Positions 13,854 through 26,647 of a DNA stretch of 64,000 bases are shown in pieces (position 1 is the first letter of the stretch; each line of letters opens with the position of its first letter). The stretch is from Schmidtea polychroa (Eukaryota), in contig CM097885.1 in the NCBI GenBank assembly GCA_044892525.1, forward strand, positions 162,626,001 through 162,690,000. The letters are read 5' to 3'. Under the pieces are notes generated by a model. It searched no databases. It was not told where the DNA came from and saw only the letters and a list, made by a program, of their open reading frames with translations. A program made the translations under genes and the position numbers.

Positions 13854-14331
13854 TTTAAGAAAGTATTAATTAATTAATATAAGTGAATAAAAATATTTGA
13901 AATTTAATTAATGTTTGAAATATAAGTGAATAAAAATATTTGAAATTTAATATCAGTCTGACGAGACTGAATTAAATAACATATAAAATTTAAAATAATT
14001 AATTTATGCAAAAATAATCTACTATATAAACGACTCACAAAGTCAGTGTAGTCGCCCAAAAATTTTAGCGAAAAACTCTTATTCAAAGGTTAATCCTTAG
14101 AATAGCTCAATACCCGAATCAGAACAAAAAGATTCACATCTTGACTAAACCTACTAAGGTACAGCACGCACTACACAACATATAACAATACACATATATT
14201 TTTACAAGCATTTCAGAAGAAGAATTTGAGAAATAATTGTCAAAGCACTGCAAACGTTTATAGAATTGAAATTGCTTATATTTGGTAAATATTGATTATA
14301 ATAAATCTTTATACACATATTTGTTTTGTTT

Positions 14332-14333
<2 letters not shown>

Positions 14334-14402
<69 letters not shown>
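14334..14402. repeat. (TA)n microsatellite
   Basis: Direct reading. Confidence 0.95.
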
Positions 14403-14404
<2 letters not shown>

Positions 14405-14447
14405 AACCAGTAAGTTGAGTGTTCCCGAATATCGAGACCTCAGCATT

Positions 14448-14466
14448 TGGTGCCGCGAACCGGGAC
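14448..14466 (+). promoter_or_regulatory. Primer-binding site, probably tRNA-Phe-like
   Basis: TGGTGCCGCGAACCGGGAC lies 2 nt after the CA end. Its complement GTCCCGGTTCGCGGCACCA has a CCA tail and resembles animal tRNA-Phe 3' ends. The tRNA identity is inferred. Confidence 0.7.
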
Positions 14467-14670
14467 TTTAAAATCAATTATTGTTATTCACAATCTGGGG
14501 GATAGGAATTGAGATCAGAGGGTTATAGTGTTTTATATTGGGAAAATATATTTATAATAATAAAATTATCATTGACCAATTTTAAATAAATAAATTCAGT
14601 TTTTTTTTATTTATCAAGTAACTCAAAAAAATAAAATAGATAACCAACCCGAAATAATTTAGTCTATAGG

Positions 14671-15845
14671 ATGAACAATAATAATAACTTTATTAAAATT
14701 TTACCAGTAGAACCATATAGAGGAGAGCCTGAAAAGTTCGACGATTTTTTCACTGAGATCGCTCAGTATGCAGAAGCTTGTGGTTGGACACCTGATGAGT
14801 TAAAAATGAGAATCCCATTATATTTAAAAGGTTATGCGTTACAGGCATATAATAATTTAGAATGTAAAGAAAATAATTTTGATCAACTCGTAAGATATCT
14901 GAGAGCAGAAATAGTAATCGATAGTGATTTACAAAAGATAAATGTTCAAAAATTTAGAAACAGATATCAAGGTACTAGAGAATCAGTTGGTGAATATGAA
15001 TATACAATTACGGAGTTAGCGAAAAAGGCATTTGGTGCAGGCGAGCACACAGCAAAATTAATTGAGGATCAGTTTTGGAATGGTATACAAAAATATTTAT
15101 ATAAAATTTAATTATGGTTGAATATGGTAATTTAAATGAATTAGTTCATAAAGCTAAGCGTATAGAAGCAATACAACGAGATAGGTTTAGTTCACATGTA
15201 GATGCAATGAAAATCCAAAAACCCATAGAGGTAAAATCTAAGTTGGGTAAGTCAGATGACAACATCCCCTGGGAGGAGATGAAGCAACTATATTTGAACT
15301 TTGTAAAATATAGACGAAGGGTAAGCCCGAGTCCGGATAGAAGTCAATCACCTGAAAACAGGAGGAGATTTGATAATGTGAGAAACAGAAATTTTGAGAG
15401 TAGAAACAATAGAAACACTTTGGATAGAGATAATCGATATGAATATAATAGAAATAATTATACGAGAGATAATCAAGTCGATTTTAGTAGAAATAATTTG
15501 AGAAATGATAAATATGATAGAAGTAATAGATATGATAACAGAGATAATACAAATGATTTGAGACGTAGACAGACAAGTCCATATAGACAGAATTCATATA
15601 GAGAAAGGCGAGGAAGCCCTTATAATAATGATGGTAGAGATAAAGTAAATTTTAATGGACAGATTAAATGTTATAATTGCCAAAAATATGGCCACTTAGC
15701 TAAAGTATGTAATAATGCGCGAAGCGAATCGCCTAATAGAGTGAGATTTAAAAATGAGCCTGAGATAAAACAGATTAATAGTGCTGAGTTGATATCAGCT
15801 AATGACGAAATAAACAGTTTGAGAGAGGAATTAAAAGAATTTTAA
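14671..15845 (+). pseudogene. Gag (capsid + CCHC nucleocapsid), one frameshift
   Basis: Gypsy capsid motifs (PYRGEPEKFDDF, W..IPLYLKGYAL, QGTRESVGEY, DQFWNGI), an R/D/N-rich linker, and zinc knuckle CYNCQKYGHLAKVC at 15669-15710. Confidence 0.92.
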
Positions 15846-15881
15846 ACTCAATATGGGAGACTTATTGAGAGAAAACTAGAA

Positions 15882-17179
15882 ATGTCATTGAATGAGTTTC
15901 AGTGTTTTACCAATGATGTAGATATAGATAATGATGAGTTTCGCGAAGCAATAGAAGCGGATGAGAAATTTCTTGCAGAAGCAAATAGATGTAAAGAATT
16001 AAAAGAGGAATTGAAAGAGATTTTAGAAAAATGGCCTTATGATGATAATGAGACATTACGTATAATAAATAGAGTTCAAGTCGAAGGAATTGACTTAGAA
16101 TATTTGAGAAATTTGATACCAATAATGGTAAAGAGACAAAATATGACTAGAGTATTTGAATTAGAAATAGAATTGAAAGAAATGATAAAATGTTATGGTG
16201 AGTTTGTGAGAAAAAATCAGAAATTACATGAATCATTGTATATAACTATTGAGGCAAAGGACCTTTTGAGAACACTTATGCGTAGTACAGGGGTACATGT
16301 GTGCACAAAAGTGAAGAAAGTGAAACAGATGGCCAGAGCTAATTGGCCCGAGAAATTGGGAGATAATGATAAAGTAAAACTGTATTTCAACGGGGTAGAA
16401 ATCATGAATAACGAATATATAATCGACTATGGGGTAAACGTTTTTGATTACAATATTATTTCTGCCGTAATAGAAAGGCAAGAAAGTAAGGAAATTGATA
16501 CACCAACTCCATCAGTGGAATTGAGTATAAACGACGAAAATGACTATGACAAATTATTTAGATTGTGGGATGCTTCTTCAGGAGGGGCAATGAAGTCACC
16601 AACAGCTAGCGATGAAATCTTTAAACTTATTGATAATAAGTGTGATAATTTACATGAGACAATAGAAAAAATTGCGAAACAAGCAAATATGCAGGATGCA
16701 GAGACGATGAGATGAGGTAGAGGAAGGCCTCGAAAATCTGAAATAGCCGAAAGTCAGATGACAGAAAGGCAGCAGAGCGTTTAAGAGATATTGCAAATAA
16801 TATGAGACAAGAAGTTCCAAAAAATCAGGATAATGACAAAGATATAAATATGATAACGGAGTTAGTTAAAGCAATGAATATGAGACGATTCCCAGAAGCA
16901 AAACCATCAGCGTTAATAGAAAATATAGTTAAAAAGATTAAATTAATGGAAAAAGAGATTAGAGAATTGAGTGCAGAGGAAGCGAATGAAGAGACAGTGT
17001 TAAAGATATTATTTACAACCGGAGTCAATCGGGATAAAGTGATTACGGCGATGGCATATTTAATAGCAAGATACAAAAAACTTTTGCGAATGAATCCAAA
17101 GAATCAAATAGAAAATATTGCTAAAATGATATATAATAAACTAAAGATAAATGCTATGCCATGGATAAGGAAAGCGTAG
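15882..17179 (+). pseudogene. Uncharacterised Gag-env spacer region with ubiquitin-like domain and AT-hook
   Basis: In frame with Gag after a single TAA. TKVKKVK..KVKLYFNGVEIMNNEYIIDYGVN resembles a Ubl fold. MR*GRGRPRK (~16707-16738) is an AT-hook with TGA in place of CGA. Confidence 0.55.
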
Positions 17180-17280
17180 GAGACAATATTAATGTAGAAA
17201 TAGATGATAACGAGGAGACGGTAAAAAATCTAGTAAATAAAACAACCATGAGACCAAGTCAAAAAGAAAGAAAGTCGACA

Positions 17281-19150
17281 ATGTCAATAGTAATTATAGT
17301 AATAACATTATTGTTAGATCTGATAAAAGGAAATAATGCGATCATAGCGTATGACTGTCAGAACCCCAAGTGGGGACAGAAATATTCATTATTAGATGTA
17401 GAAAATTGCCCAGAGGCTAATCCAACAAAAATAATTGTGGGAGATCCAATGATTTTTCACATATATCAAGTCTGACTTCATTCACACTGAAGCAGGAGAA
17501 TGTATCGTTAAATATTCAGAGGAAAGTTTTGTGTGTAATAAAATAGCAAGAACAATATTAACTCCAACATGGGCACCAGAAGCGATAATAATAGCACCAA
17601 TCGAATGTGAAAATGCATTTAAAACAAAAAAGATAAAAACGCCGGATGGATTTGAGTTAAATGCTCAGGTAGGAGCACGAGTAAGGCAATTAGTAAATGT
17701 CGTGGGATGGTCATCAACAGGAGGATATTGTGAAGGAGGAACGTATAAAATATGGGGGCATGTGGCAGACAATATTGTAGTGAGACGACAATATTATATT
17801 GAATTAAGGAAATTCAAGGCGTCATTTGATAGTTCATCAAAGAAAATGATGACACATAAGTTCTTTACATTAGATGAGACAAGCTGTGATACAGGCGAGT
17901 CAATGATCATATACAAAGTAAAAAATACGAATGCCATTTAACTAAACTAAAGACATTGAAATTCAGAACAATACGAGGTAAACAGTTCACGGATGTAGAA
18001 TCCAAGAACATTAAAGACCAAAAACGACGAGCAACGATAATTCAAGAGAGAGATACACCAACGATATACATGTCAGATTCTGAAACCGAAGCGATGAGAT
18101 TTGTGGGAAAAGGTGAAAGTATCAAATGAGGAAAAGCAGTTATACAAACAAATTATGAAGGAATTTATATCAGCGGAAGTGAAATTAAAGAGGCAAAATC
18201 GAAAATAGATAAATTCGACGTTAAGCTAGCGTCATATTTTAATAATAAAATTGACTATTTTTATCATCATCACTTAGTACAATTGGACAAAGTATACCAA
18301 GCAACTATTGCAAACGATTGTAAACTTAATAGAGAAATATTAAGAACAAAGATGGCGGTTGCAGTCACAAACCCAGATTTAATGGCACAAATTTTATTTG
18401 CAGAGAAAGGGACATTTGCAAGAGTTGCCGGTGAAGTGATACAAACATTTCAGTGTAAACCGGTTAGCGTATCGTTAGCAACGAATAATAAGTGCACAAA
18501 CGAATTACCAGTAGTATATAAAGGGGAAACTGTGTATCTCCAACCAATAACAAGGATATTAACAGATAAAGACTATGTTCCGAGAAAAATTGATAAATAT
18601 ACAAATCTACTAGATCCGTTATACAAAATAAATGATGATATGTGGATTACAATGTCAGATAGAAAGGAAGCGACTAAACCACAAAAACTAGAATTAACTG
18701 AACTTGAGAAAAAGTTAGAATTTCAGGAAGTCAACGAAATGGATAACAATGGAATGTATACGAGAGAGGCGATAGAGAGCGCTAGAAAACATATGCTATT
18801 TCCTCATGAAAAAGAAAAAGTTCTTTCAATTATGGTAAACAAAATCATCGAGAATAGTTATGGAGGGAATTACAACTTTGATGTATTATTATCAAAAGAG
18901 CACTTCAAGAAAGTTGTATATAGAGTATTATACAGCATATGGGGACATTTTGCGATTCTCAGAAATACGTTTTCCACTATATTGGGTATATATTATACAC
19001 TAGCACTACTGAAAATGATTTGTTCATCATTAGTTTCGTTAAGACAACTGAGACAAGTTTTTGGTAATTCATATAAAATGATGGCATGTTTATGTCCATT
19101 CATAGCGAAATATTTGATCACTGCGAAGCACGACAAAGAAATCAAACGGA
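17281..19150 (+). pseudogene. Chuvirus-like envelope glycoprotein (env)
   Basis: Signal-like MSIVIIVITLLLDLIKGNNA, then IIAYDC..YSLLDVENC, GYCEGGTY, C-x-LNREIL..NPD..GTFARVAGEVIQTFQCKPV..CTNELPV..YLQPITRIL, and C-terminal hydrophobic W-x-x-F..ILGIYYTLALLK. This Cys/motif series matches chuvirus-type glycoproteins captured by invertebrate retroelements. Two frameshifts and one TGA. Confidence 0.82.
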
Positions 19151-19399
19151 TGAAAAGTCGAAGGGAAGAGGGTGAAATAATGATCACCAATGAGAAAGAT
19201 GACGAGGCAAACAAATCAGAAAATATTGAGCATCCACATATTGGGTTATATGATAATCAAAGTGAACAATTGACAGAATTGAGAAATAATATTGAAATTA
19301 GAATCCCAGGTGAAAATGGTAATTGTCATTGTGTTCCAAGGAAAACTTATGGATGTTACGGGTTAGAACTTGACGATATATTAGAAGGGTTAAATGAAG

Positions 19400-21295
19400 C
19401 AAGGTCTAAATTACAAATAGTGATAAATAATACGATAATAAAGGCATTATGTGACACAGTAGCAGCAGCTTCTATGATTCGTGAAGATCAGTTAACCGAA
19501 AATCAAAAGAAAAATATCGTGAGCACAAGAGATAGAGTAATTTCATTATCACCACATTACATACCATTAAAAGGCGATATCGAATTAACAGTCCACTTTT
19601 CAGATCAAGTGGTTGAACATGTTTTCAAGGTAGTAGCAGAATGTAAATGCGTGTGTGTCCTTGGGATGGACATACTCAAATAGTTAAAAAAACTGTGTAA
19701 TTGATTTAACGGATAGTACAGTCAAACGGAAAGCAATATATCAAGACGCAAGATTTACTGAGGTAATTGCATTAGAAGCATTCAAACTAGAATATCAAAG
19801 TGATCATATAATTCCAGTGAAGGTTAATGTTAAAAGTGAGGACACTTTCATTTTCGAGCCTGAAACGGCAATATCACGAAATCATAATGTAATGTTAACA
19901 GACGAGTGTGTAGTTCCAAATAATGGGATAATTCCAATAAGAATCGCGAATTACGAAAGGAATAAAGTAAAAATTCATAAAGGTACAAAATTGAGAAAGT
20001 TGTTCAAAGGTGAATTAGAGCAAACATTTGAAGTATGTGAGATGTCGATGACGAGTGATGTCAGTGAAGGAATGGTCGAACAGAGTAGAGCGAATAATAT
20101 TAAATTTTATGATAAAATTAAAATAAATAATAATTATCTAAACGAAACACAACAACTACAACTACAAATATTACTTGACGAATATAGTGATGTTTTTGCA
20201 AAACACGAATTTGATTTAGGAGATACTGATATTATCAAACATGTAATCGATACGGGGAATGCTAGACCAATAAAACAGAGACCCTATAGTGTACAATATA
20301 AATTGAGGGAGGAAATAAAACGACAAATTAAATAATTAAAGGAGGCAGGCGTAATAAAACAAAGTTTTTCACAATGGGCATCACCTATTGTACCAGTTAG
20401 AAAGAAAGACTATCGTAAAGACTTATCGTAAATTAAATGATGTAACAGTAAAAGATTCTTACCCATTCCCGAGAGCACAAGAACAATATGATAAACTTAG
20501 GGATACTAAGTATTTCACAGTAATAGACGCAAATAAAGGCTACATGCAAATTCAAATGGAAGATGGGGATGCGGAAAAAACTGCTTTTGTGATTGAGGAC
20601 GGTTTATATGAATATACAAGATTACCTTTTGGGTTAACCAATGCGCCAGCAACATTTCAACGTTTAATGAATACAGTACTAGTAGATGTACAACATTGCA
20701 CAGTATATATGGATGACATATTAATATCGTCAAAAACATTTGAGGAACACTTAAAAGACATAGCAAATGTATTACAGAGATTGAGAAAAGCGAGAATTAA
20801 AATAAAACCCACTAAATGTAAATGGGCAGAACCTTCAGGATTATTCTTAGGACATATAGTCACAGTAGATGGTATAATACCTAATCCCGATAAAATTGAA
20901 GTAGTTAAAAAATTTCCAGTTCCAAAAACATTACAACAAGTACAGGGATTTTTAGGTCTCACAGGATATTATCGTAAGTTCATACAAGATTATGCAAAAA
21001 TAGCAGCACCACTAATTGAATTAACAAAAGGAGTTAACGATAAAATTAACAAGCCACAAAAGAAATGGAAAGATGAACATCAAAAAGCTTTTGATCAACT
21101 AAAAGAAAAATTAATAACAGCACCGATACCCAGACTTTAAAAAACAGTTTATTGTCATGACAGACGCCAGCGGGAAGGCCGTAGGGGCAGTCTTAGGACA
21201 AGAAGAGGAAAAGGGTAAAGATTATGTAATAGCTTATGCAAGCAAAACATTAAAAGGAGCACAGATTAGGTACTTAACAATTGAAAAAGAATGTT
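19400..21295 (+). pseudogene. Pol: aspartic protease, RT, N-terminal RNase H (truncated)
   Basis: ALCDTVAA (DTGA with G>V) and VLGMDIL; FAKHEFDLG; WASPIVPV; FGLTNAPATFQR; YMDD at 20706-20717; FLGLTGYYRKFI; MTDASGKAVGAVL. Breaks off after TIEKEC. Confidence 0.95.
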
Positions 21296-21671
21296 GAACA
21301 ACCAGAAAAACAACTACTGTAGGTTCAATATCCACACATCCTATATTACAAACAATAACGAATATATATATAGGAAAACGACATTTAAAGCGGTTAGACA
21401 AATATATAAAAAATTGATAATGAAAAATCCAAGACAGTCTGATAGGAAACTGATAAAATTACCTACAGGAAAACCGATAGTTATAAATAACTGGAATGAA
21501 TTACAAGTCTTTCAAAAGAAAGCAAGTAAACCACAATGGACTTTTTATGTAATAGCTACAAGTGTATTGTCATTCGCGATTTTAGCAATTATCACTAGTG
21601 TACAAGTTTATAAAAAGTACAAGTGGAAAAGGCAGCGGTATCGGCACCGACTGGTCAAAGAAGCACCATGA
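21291..21671 (+). CDS. C-terminal remnant of a type-I membrane protein downstream of pol
   Basis: Hydrophobic WTFYVIATSVLSFAILAIITSVQVY followed by basic tail KKYKWKRQRYRHR. Joined to the truncated RNase H, apparently by an internal deletion. Confidence 0.55.
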   Translation: MLNNQKNNYCRFNIHTSYITNNNEYIYRKTTFKAVRQIYKKLIMKNPRQSDRKLIKLPTGKPIVINNWNELQVFQKKASKPQWTFYVIATSVLSFAILAIITSVQVYKKYKWKRQRYRHRLVKEAP

Positions 21672-22102
21672 CATTTTCACTTGGACAAATATATCCCTGG
21701 ACAATATACTCTGTCCACACTTGTGGATCGAAAGATTTTATGTGTTTATAATGTGTTGTGTGTGCGGTATTTAATTTTTCTACCACTTTAGATTTCTATA
21801 GTGTAAGATGTATCTCATTGCACTATAAATGAGAAAATCAGCGTGAAATCAAATTAAGTATGTATGTTTCTATAATATAAGATTACTGATTTTTGTCTTA
21901 TATTATAGGAACGTATCTCTGTTGTGTTTGATTTAACTTTAGAAACACATGCTACAGTCTCCGAGTTTACAAGGCACACAAAAACGATAGACACGTATAC
22001 AAAAAATAAAGAATGAATGCCATACAAACTCATTCTCTTGTGCACAACAAAGACGAAGCTCAATACAAACGCACACTAACACCAACTGAATCAATAATTG
22101 TA

Positions 22103-24092
22103 CGATCGACTCCGCTTATAAGAATACGCCGGGAGCGCCAAATAGGTATTCTTATATGCGGAGTTAAGCTAATATTGCTTAAAAAGTCGCAGAATTTCTT
22201 CATTGTCAATTTAACAACGCAAAACAAACAAAGGCATAATTATGGTCTTATTATTTAAAAAGTCTAATTTTCCACTGGATGCGATTTTAGGATGCGTTTT
22301 TCTCGATCTTTTCTGCAACTGCATAGTACTTGCTGTATTCTGTAAGATTTTGCTCCAAGTAATGACAAACAGTTGCCAGCGCATGTAATGCTTCTTTGTG
22401 CGCTACTCTGTGAGCCTCCGACAACTGCATCTCCTCAAGTTATCCTGTGTCGCTGTCATCATCTCCATTTAAGTGCTTACGCTGCACTTGCTCACAATTT
22501 CAGCATCGGTTGACGTGCCATGGCTTGCGACTTCGTTATCGCAGTCTATAAAAGTTTCAAAATCTTCTTGTGTAACTGCGTCTCCTAGCTCAACAGTCAC
22601 TGCTAGAATCGGCAGAATATCACTTTCATTGTTGTCTCTACCAACAGTTGGAAACCCAGAATTTCTGAAACAGCTTCGGATCGTAGCTGGCGACACCAGC
22701 AGCACCGCCTGCTTCAATGGCCTGAATATTTGCCGCATCACTTGCGTTCCATAGTGGACTTTCATGGTGCGGATGATTCCTTGATCTAGCGGCTGTATAA
22801 GAGATGTTGTGTTCGGTTTTATAAACTCCATTTTGATGTTCTTGAGCTGTCCTTCTACTTTATGACAAGCCGCCTTATCGACAAACAATATCGATTTTCA
22901 ATTGCCAAGCTCCTAATCAAATTAAAGAATATCAGCCCAAATTCGACAGGTCATTCAAGCGTTGCTGCTGCCGAAATACGGCAAAGGCGGTCGAGTAGTT
23001 CGAAAGCACCGTGGATTTGCAAATTTCCCCACTACGTATGCCTTCCTTTTTGTACCATTAGTGTTGCAGAGTAGAACCACAGTCATTCGTTCTTTCGGCG
23101 TCTTTCCACCAGTTGGTTTAGTACCAGTGACAGCTAATGTGCCAGAGGATAGAATAGGCCTGTTTCGTCGGCATTAAAGATATGGGACGCATCATATCAT
23201 TCAATCAAGGTGTCCAAGACGTTGGGAATCCAATTTTCAGCATCGGTATGCTCTGCAGCAGCTCTTTCACCGCCAATCTTCCTAAGCGTAATGTTATGCC
23301 GAATTTGAAGACGCTCTAGCTAGCCATTTGTTGGAACAAATGACTGACAGCCAAACGTTCCAGCTAGCTGCTGTGCCTTCTCCATCATTAATGGGCCATT
23401 GATCACAGCATTTTGCTGTCGCATTTGATAAAACCATTCCATCAGCGCATTTCAACTTCTTCGTTTGGACTTTCACGTATTCTTTTTCGGCTCAAATTCC
23501 CGTTGGTTTGCGCTTCATGGCGAATCTCTTTTTCTGCTTTCTTTATTTTGGAGATAGTCGGCTGATTCACGTTGAATTCCTCAACAACAGCAGGTTGCTT
23601 TTTCGATTTTGACGCCCCAAACCTAATAGCTTTTTCTCAATTATATGCGTATTTCTTTTCGAAGTACTAGCCATGATACTGCTTGTAAAATTAATTTGAT
23701 TATTTATTCGATATAACAAAAATCAAACGTACGCAAACTTCAACAATAATTAAAAGATATTTTTATGCACAGTAACGCACCTTTAATATGGTAGCATAAA
23801 AAATTGTTTAATTCAAAACTTGTACAAACATCCAATCAATAAACAAGCGTCGAAATGCCCATATAAAATGATGCTTATTGTCTTAATACGCTGTAAATAT
23901 GCACTTAAGCGGATTACAAATCGAAAATCAATCTCAACTCCTATTCTTATATGCGGAATATTCTTATATTCTATATTCATTTAAGCATAGTTCCCACTGC
24001 GTAAAATTTGCAAAAGAATCTTGGACACATAATTGCTATTCTTATAAGCGGAGTATTCATATATCCGATATTCTTATACGAAGAGTCGACTG
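22103..24092 (-). mobile_element. Tigger/pogo DNA transposon with decayed transposase (~23674 to 22300)
   Basis: Imperfect TIRs CGATCGACTCCGCTTATAAGAATA / rc CAGTCGACTCTTCGTATAAGAATA, TA flanks. CENP-B-like HTH start MASTSKR, IFNADETGLF, DKAACH, PNTTSLIQPLDQGII. Confidence 0.92.
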
Positions 24093-24407
24093 TATTTCAA
24101 AATTGTTAAAACTGATAATCTTTGTTTGCAACGTTAACCGTGCAAGATTTATTTAATTAAGATAAAATTTGTTAATATGACTGTGGCCAATGAATCTACA
24201 GATTATTATCATAAACAAATGGACATCCTATAAAATAAAAAAATTCTTAAAATCATTAGTTACATCACATTGCTAGAACTACAATAAAGATATTATACAA
24301 AATTTACATCGCCCAATCGTTAGTCGTTGTACGAAAGTTAAAAATGATTTGTTAGTATCTTTCCATTTGCTATATAACAAAACTCATTTCAATGTGTTTT
24401 CACACTT

Positions 24408-24950
24408 GTGCTAATAATGCCACCCACTCCAGGTGCTAGTGAACTGCCAGAATTTTTAAGAGGTCGAATTATTACAAAATATGAGACAAGAAGATCACAA
24501 AGAAACGCTGCGTCTGCATTGCACGTGCTTCTGTGGACAAAGAGCAATATTGTGTGCCAATTTCGTAATTCAGGAAAATCCAGTGTCAACCTTCGTAGTG
24601 GACGACCAAAACCATCTGAACGTATTCATCGGACAGTGAGACGAAGTGTACAGATCATAAAAGAAGCTGCTATATCTGTGTCTACTCCACCACATTATTT
24701 GAAGAGGTTGGGGTACAATAGCAAAGCTACAATATGGAACCCACTACTGAAACCCAATAATATCGCCAATCGATTTTTCTAATCAAAGGATATGAGAAAA
24801 AACCTCATTACTTTTGGGAACGTTTTATCTTTACTGATGAAAGCTCCTTTCATGATTGAGTGTGGCATTGGCCAGATCAAGAATACTATAATACTTGGCT
24901 CAAATTTCTCCATAATGTCGTGCCTATCATCCTAGGATGTACTATTACAT
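24408..24950 (+). pseudogene. Tc1-family transposase remnant
   Basis: ELPEFLRGRII..RSGRP HTH, PLLK, and FIFTDES (first catalytic D). Heavily decayed; TIRs not identified. Confidence 0.75.
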
Positions 24951-25043
24951 TAATTGAGGATTTTAGGACCTGAATGAAATGAATTGTGACTGTATTTCTT
25001 TTTGAAATTTCTTAAATGGTTTTGGAATCTTTATGTTGTCGTT

Positions 25044-25338
25044 TGTAACTTGGGATTTGTTGACTAGAGAAAGATCGATGATAATTCACTTACCGAATCT
25101 TAAATAGTTGTCGACTATATCGGTGTGTGGCATCGTGTGTCTATCTTTATCCATCGGTTCGCTTATCGATTTTCGGTCTATCACTGTCGGTCGATGAACA
25201 TACTTCGCACCCATTCATCCTTTAACAGGCATACCCACACGCATACATATACACCGTAATGGTACGATGGTAATTCAACGTTAGACTTGGCTACGATACG
25301 CATATATTTATAATAGGTGAGCTGATATCGATATTACA
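25044..25338. mobile_element. Possible short solo LTR
   Basis: TGTAAC...ATTACA termini. Flanks CGTT/CCTT match only 3 of 4. Confidence 0.3.
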
Positions 25339-25353
25339 CCTTAGGTACACGTT

Positions 25354-26647
25354 CAGAGGCGTAACTGGATTTTTGACGCCCTTGGCTAATTTATTTTTAG
25401 CACCTTCACAAATTGACAAATTTCAGCTTTACAACTTTTTTAATTGTTAGAAAAAAATAATTGAATTTCTCTTATTTTATTTATGACAATAATTATGTAG
25501 TGATAGTAGTAATAGTGACAGTCATAAAAAAGTCCCCGAAAAGCCAAGTTGTTTTCAGCAAAAAACAATAAACATTTTAATATTATTGTCAATGTAAGGC
25601 ACCATTTCAAAATTTCGTTTTTCAGTGCTGCTTGTGCAACGTCGTCAATTAGGCCACTTTCCTAAAAACCCCTTTTCAAATAATTTTCATTCGTAAAATT
25701 GTTTATGTGTTGCTACGAATTCTCATGATTTTGAATTTGTGGGTTTAGATATTCCCAGTCCACAAATCCATCGGACTGACAAAATGGAATATTATAAGCA
25801 CCGGATACAAATAAGAGGCGATGCAAGGAAAACAATACACTGCATCTTTATTTTTGAATTAAAAAACCATTTCCTCTCTTTCTTTTCAATATCCTCATTA
25901 CTAAATTCCCATGAATTATTAAAGAAGTAGCCATTTGTAACAGGATACTTCTTTAACTCTACATGTTTTGGGTCATATTGAATAAGAAAAGATCTGGTAT
26001 TTTTATAATTAAAATTCCATGTTGCTGGATCATTTACATTCACATTTTCATATTCAGACTTATTATCATTGCTCAAATCCACTTCATTTTTTTCAAACAA
26101 GTTTTGTTCTGTATTTTCCACAATTTTAGATTTTTTAAAGTACAATCTTCAGCTTTTACTTTCGTAGCAGGCGAATTCACTTCCACTTCCGTGTTATAGA
26201 CATTATCTTCACCATACAATCCATCCTTTGAACTTGGAATACACACATTGTCAATGTCACTTTCAGATTTTGAGTTGCTCGTTAAAAGCCAGTTTTGTAA
26301 CAACATTCAATTAATTTTTCAATCGCTTGCGAAACACTACAACTTTACAACAAGTGCAGACTGTGCAATTTTGTTGTTTTTCCCCTCCCGATTCCAGTAG
26401 ACTGCAGTGTTGCTAATAAAATCATACTGACATTTGTATGATAAGAAGCCACACAAAGGCAACAAACATAATAAAAAATATTATAATGGTTTAAATGAAA
26501 TATATTTAAATATAATTAATACATTTAATCTGATTTTTTGTTATCGAGGATAAAAGTGAAATATCTATTTAAATAAAAATTTAAAAATTAGAGATTTAGC
26601 GGCGCCTTTGGCAACTGCCCCAATGCCAAGCCGTTGTTACGCCACTG
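25354..26647 (-). mobile_element. Internally deleted hAT (ZMYM1/Tip100-like)
   Basis: TIRs CAGAGGCGTAAC / rc CAGTGGCGTAAC; degenerate 8-bp TSD TACACGTT/TACAGATT. Minus-strand N-terminal transposase fragment (DPATW..RKWF..YCFPC). Confidence 0.82.

Larger units (their letters stand above)
14403..21671 (+). mobile_element. Ty3/Gypsy LTR retrotransposon with env-like gene (element 1), 3'-deleted
   Basis: LTR-like end ..CCTCAGCA at 14445, then PBS, gag, glycoprotein, PR, RT and partial RNase H. Integrase and 3' LTR not found; LTR start not resolved. Confidence 0.9.

Noticed and set aside
14047-14175. TGTAGT...ACTACA mini-LTR candidate
   Set aside because: No TSD; a 6-bp inverted match is expected by chance.
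7489-14445. Idea that 7489 is the start of element 1's 5' LTR (about 4.1 kb after removing the nested copy)
   Set aside because: There is no 3' LTR or AAGT TSD to test it, and the family 3' motif already appears at 8345. Unresolved.
19740-20020. Conserved PR-RT spacer (FEP..P(I/V)RIANY) in both elements, possibly a degenerate dUTPase fold
   Set aside because: Similar spacers are common in Gypsy pol proteins and no dUTPase catalytic motifs are visible, so it is not treated as novel.
21802-22100. Possible 3' LTR of element 1 starting TGTAAG
   Set aside because: No similarity to the 14403-14445 LTR end and no PPT in front.
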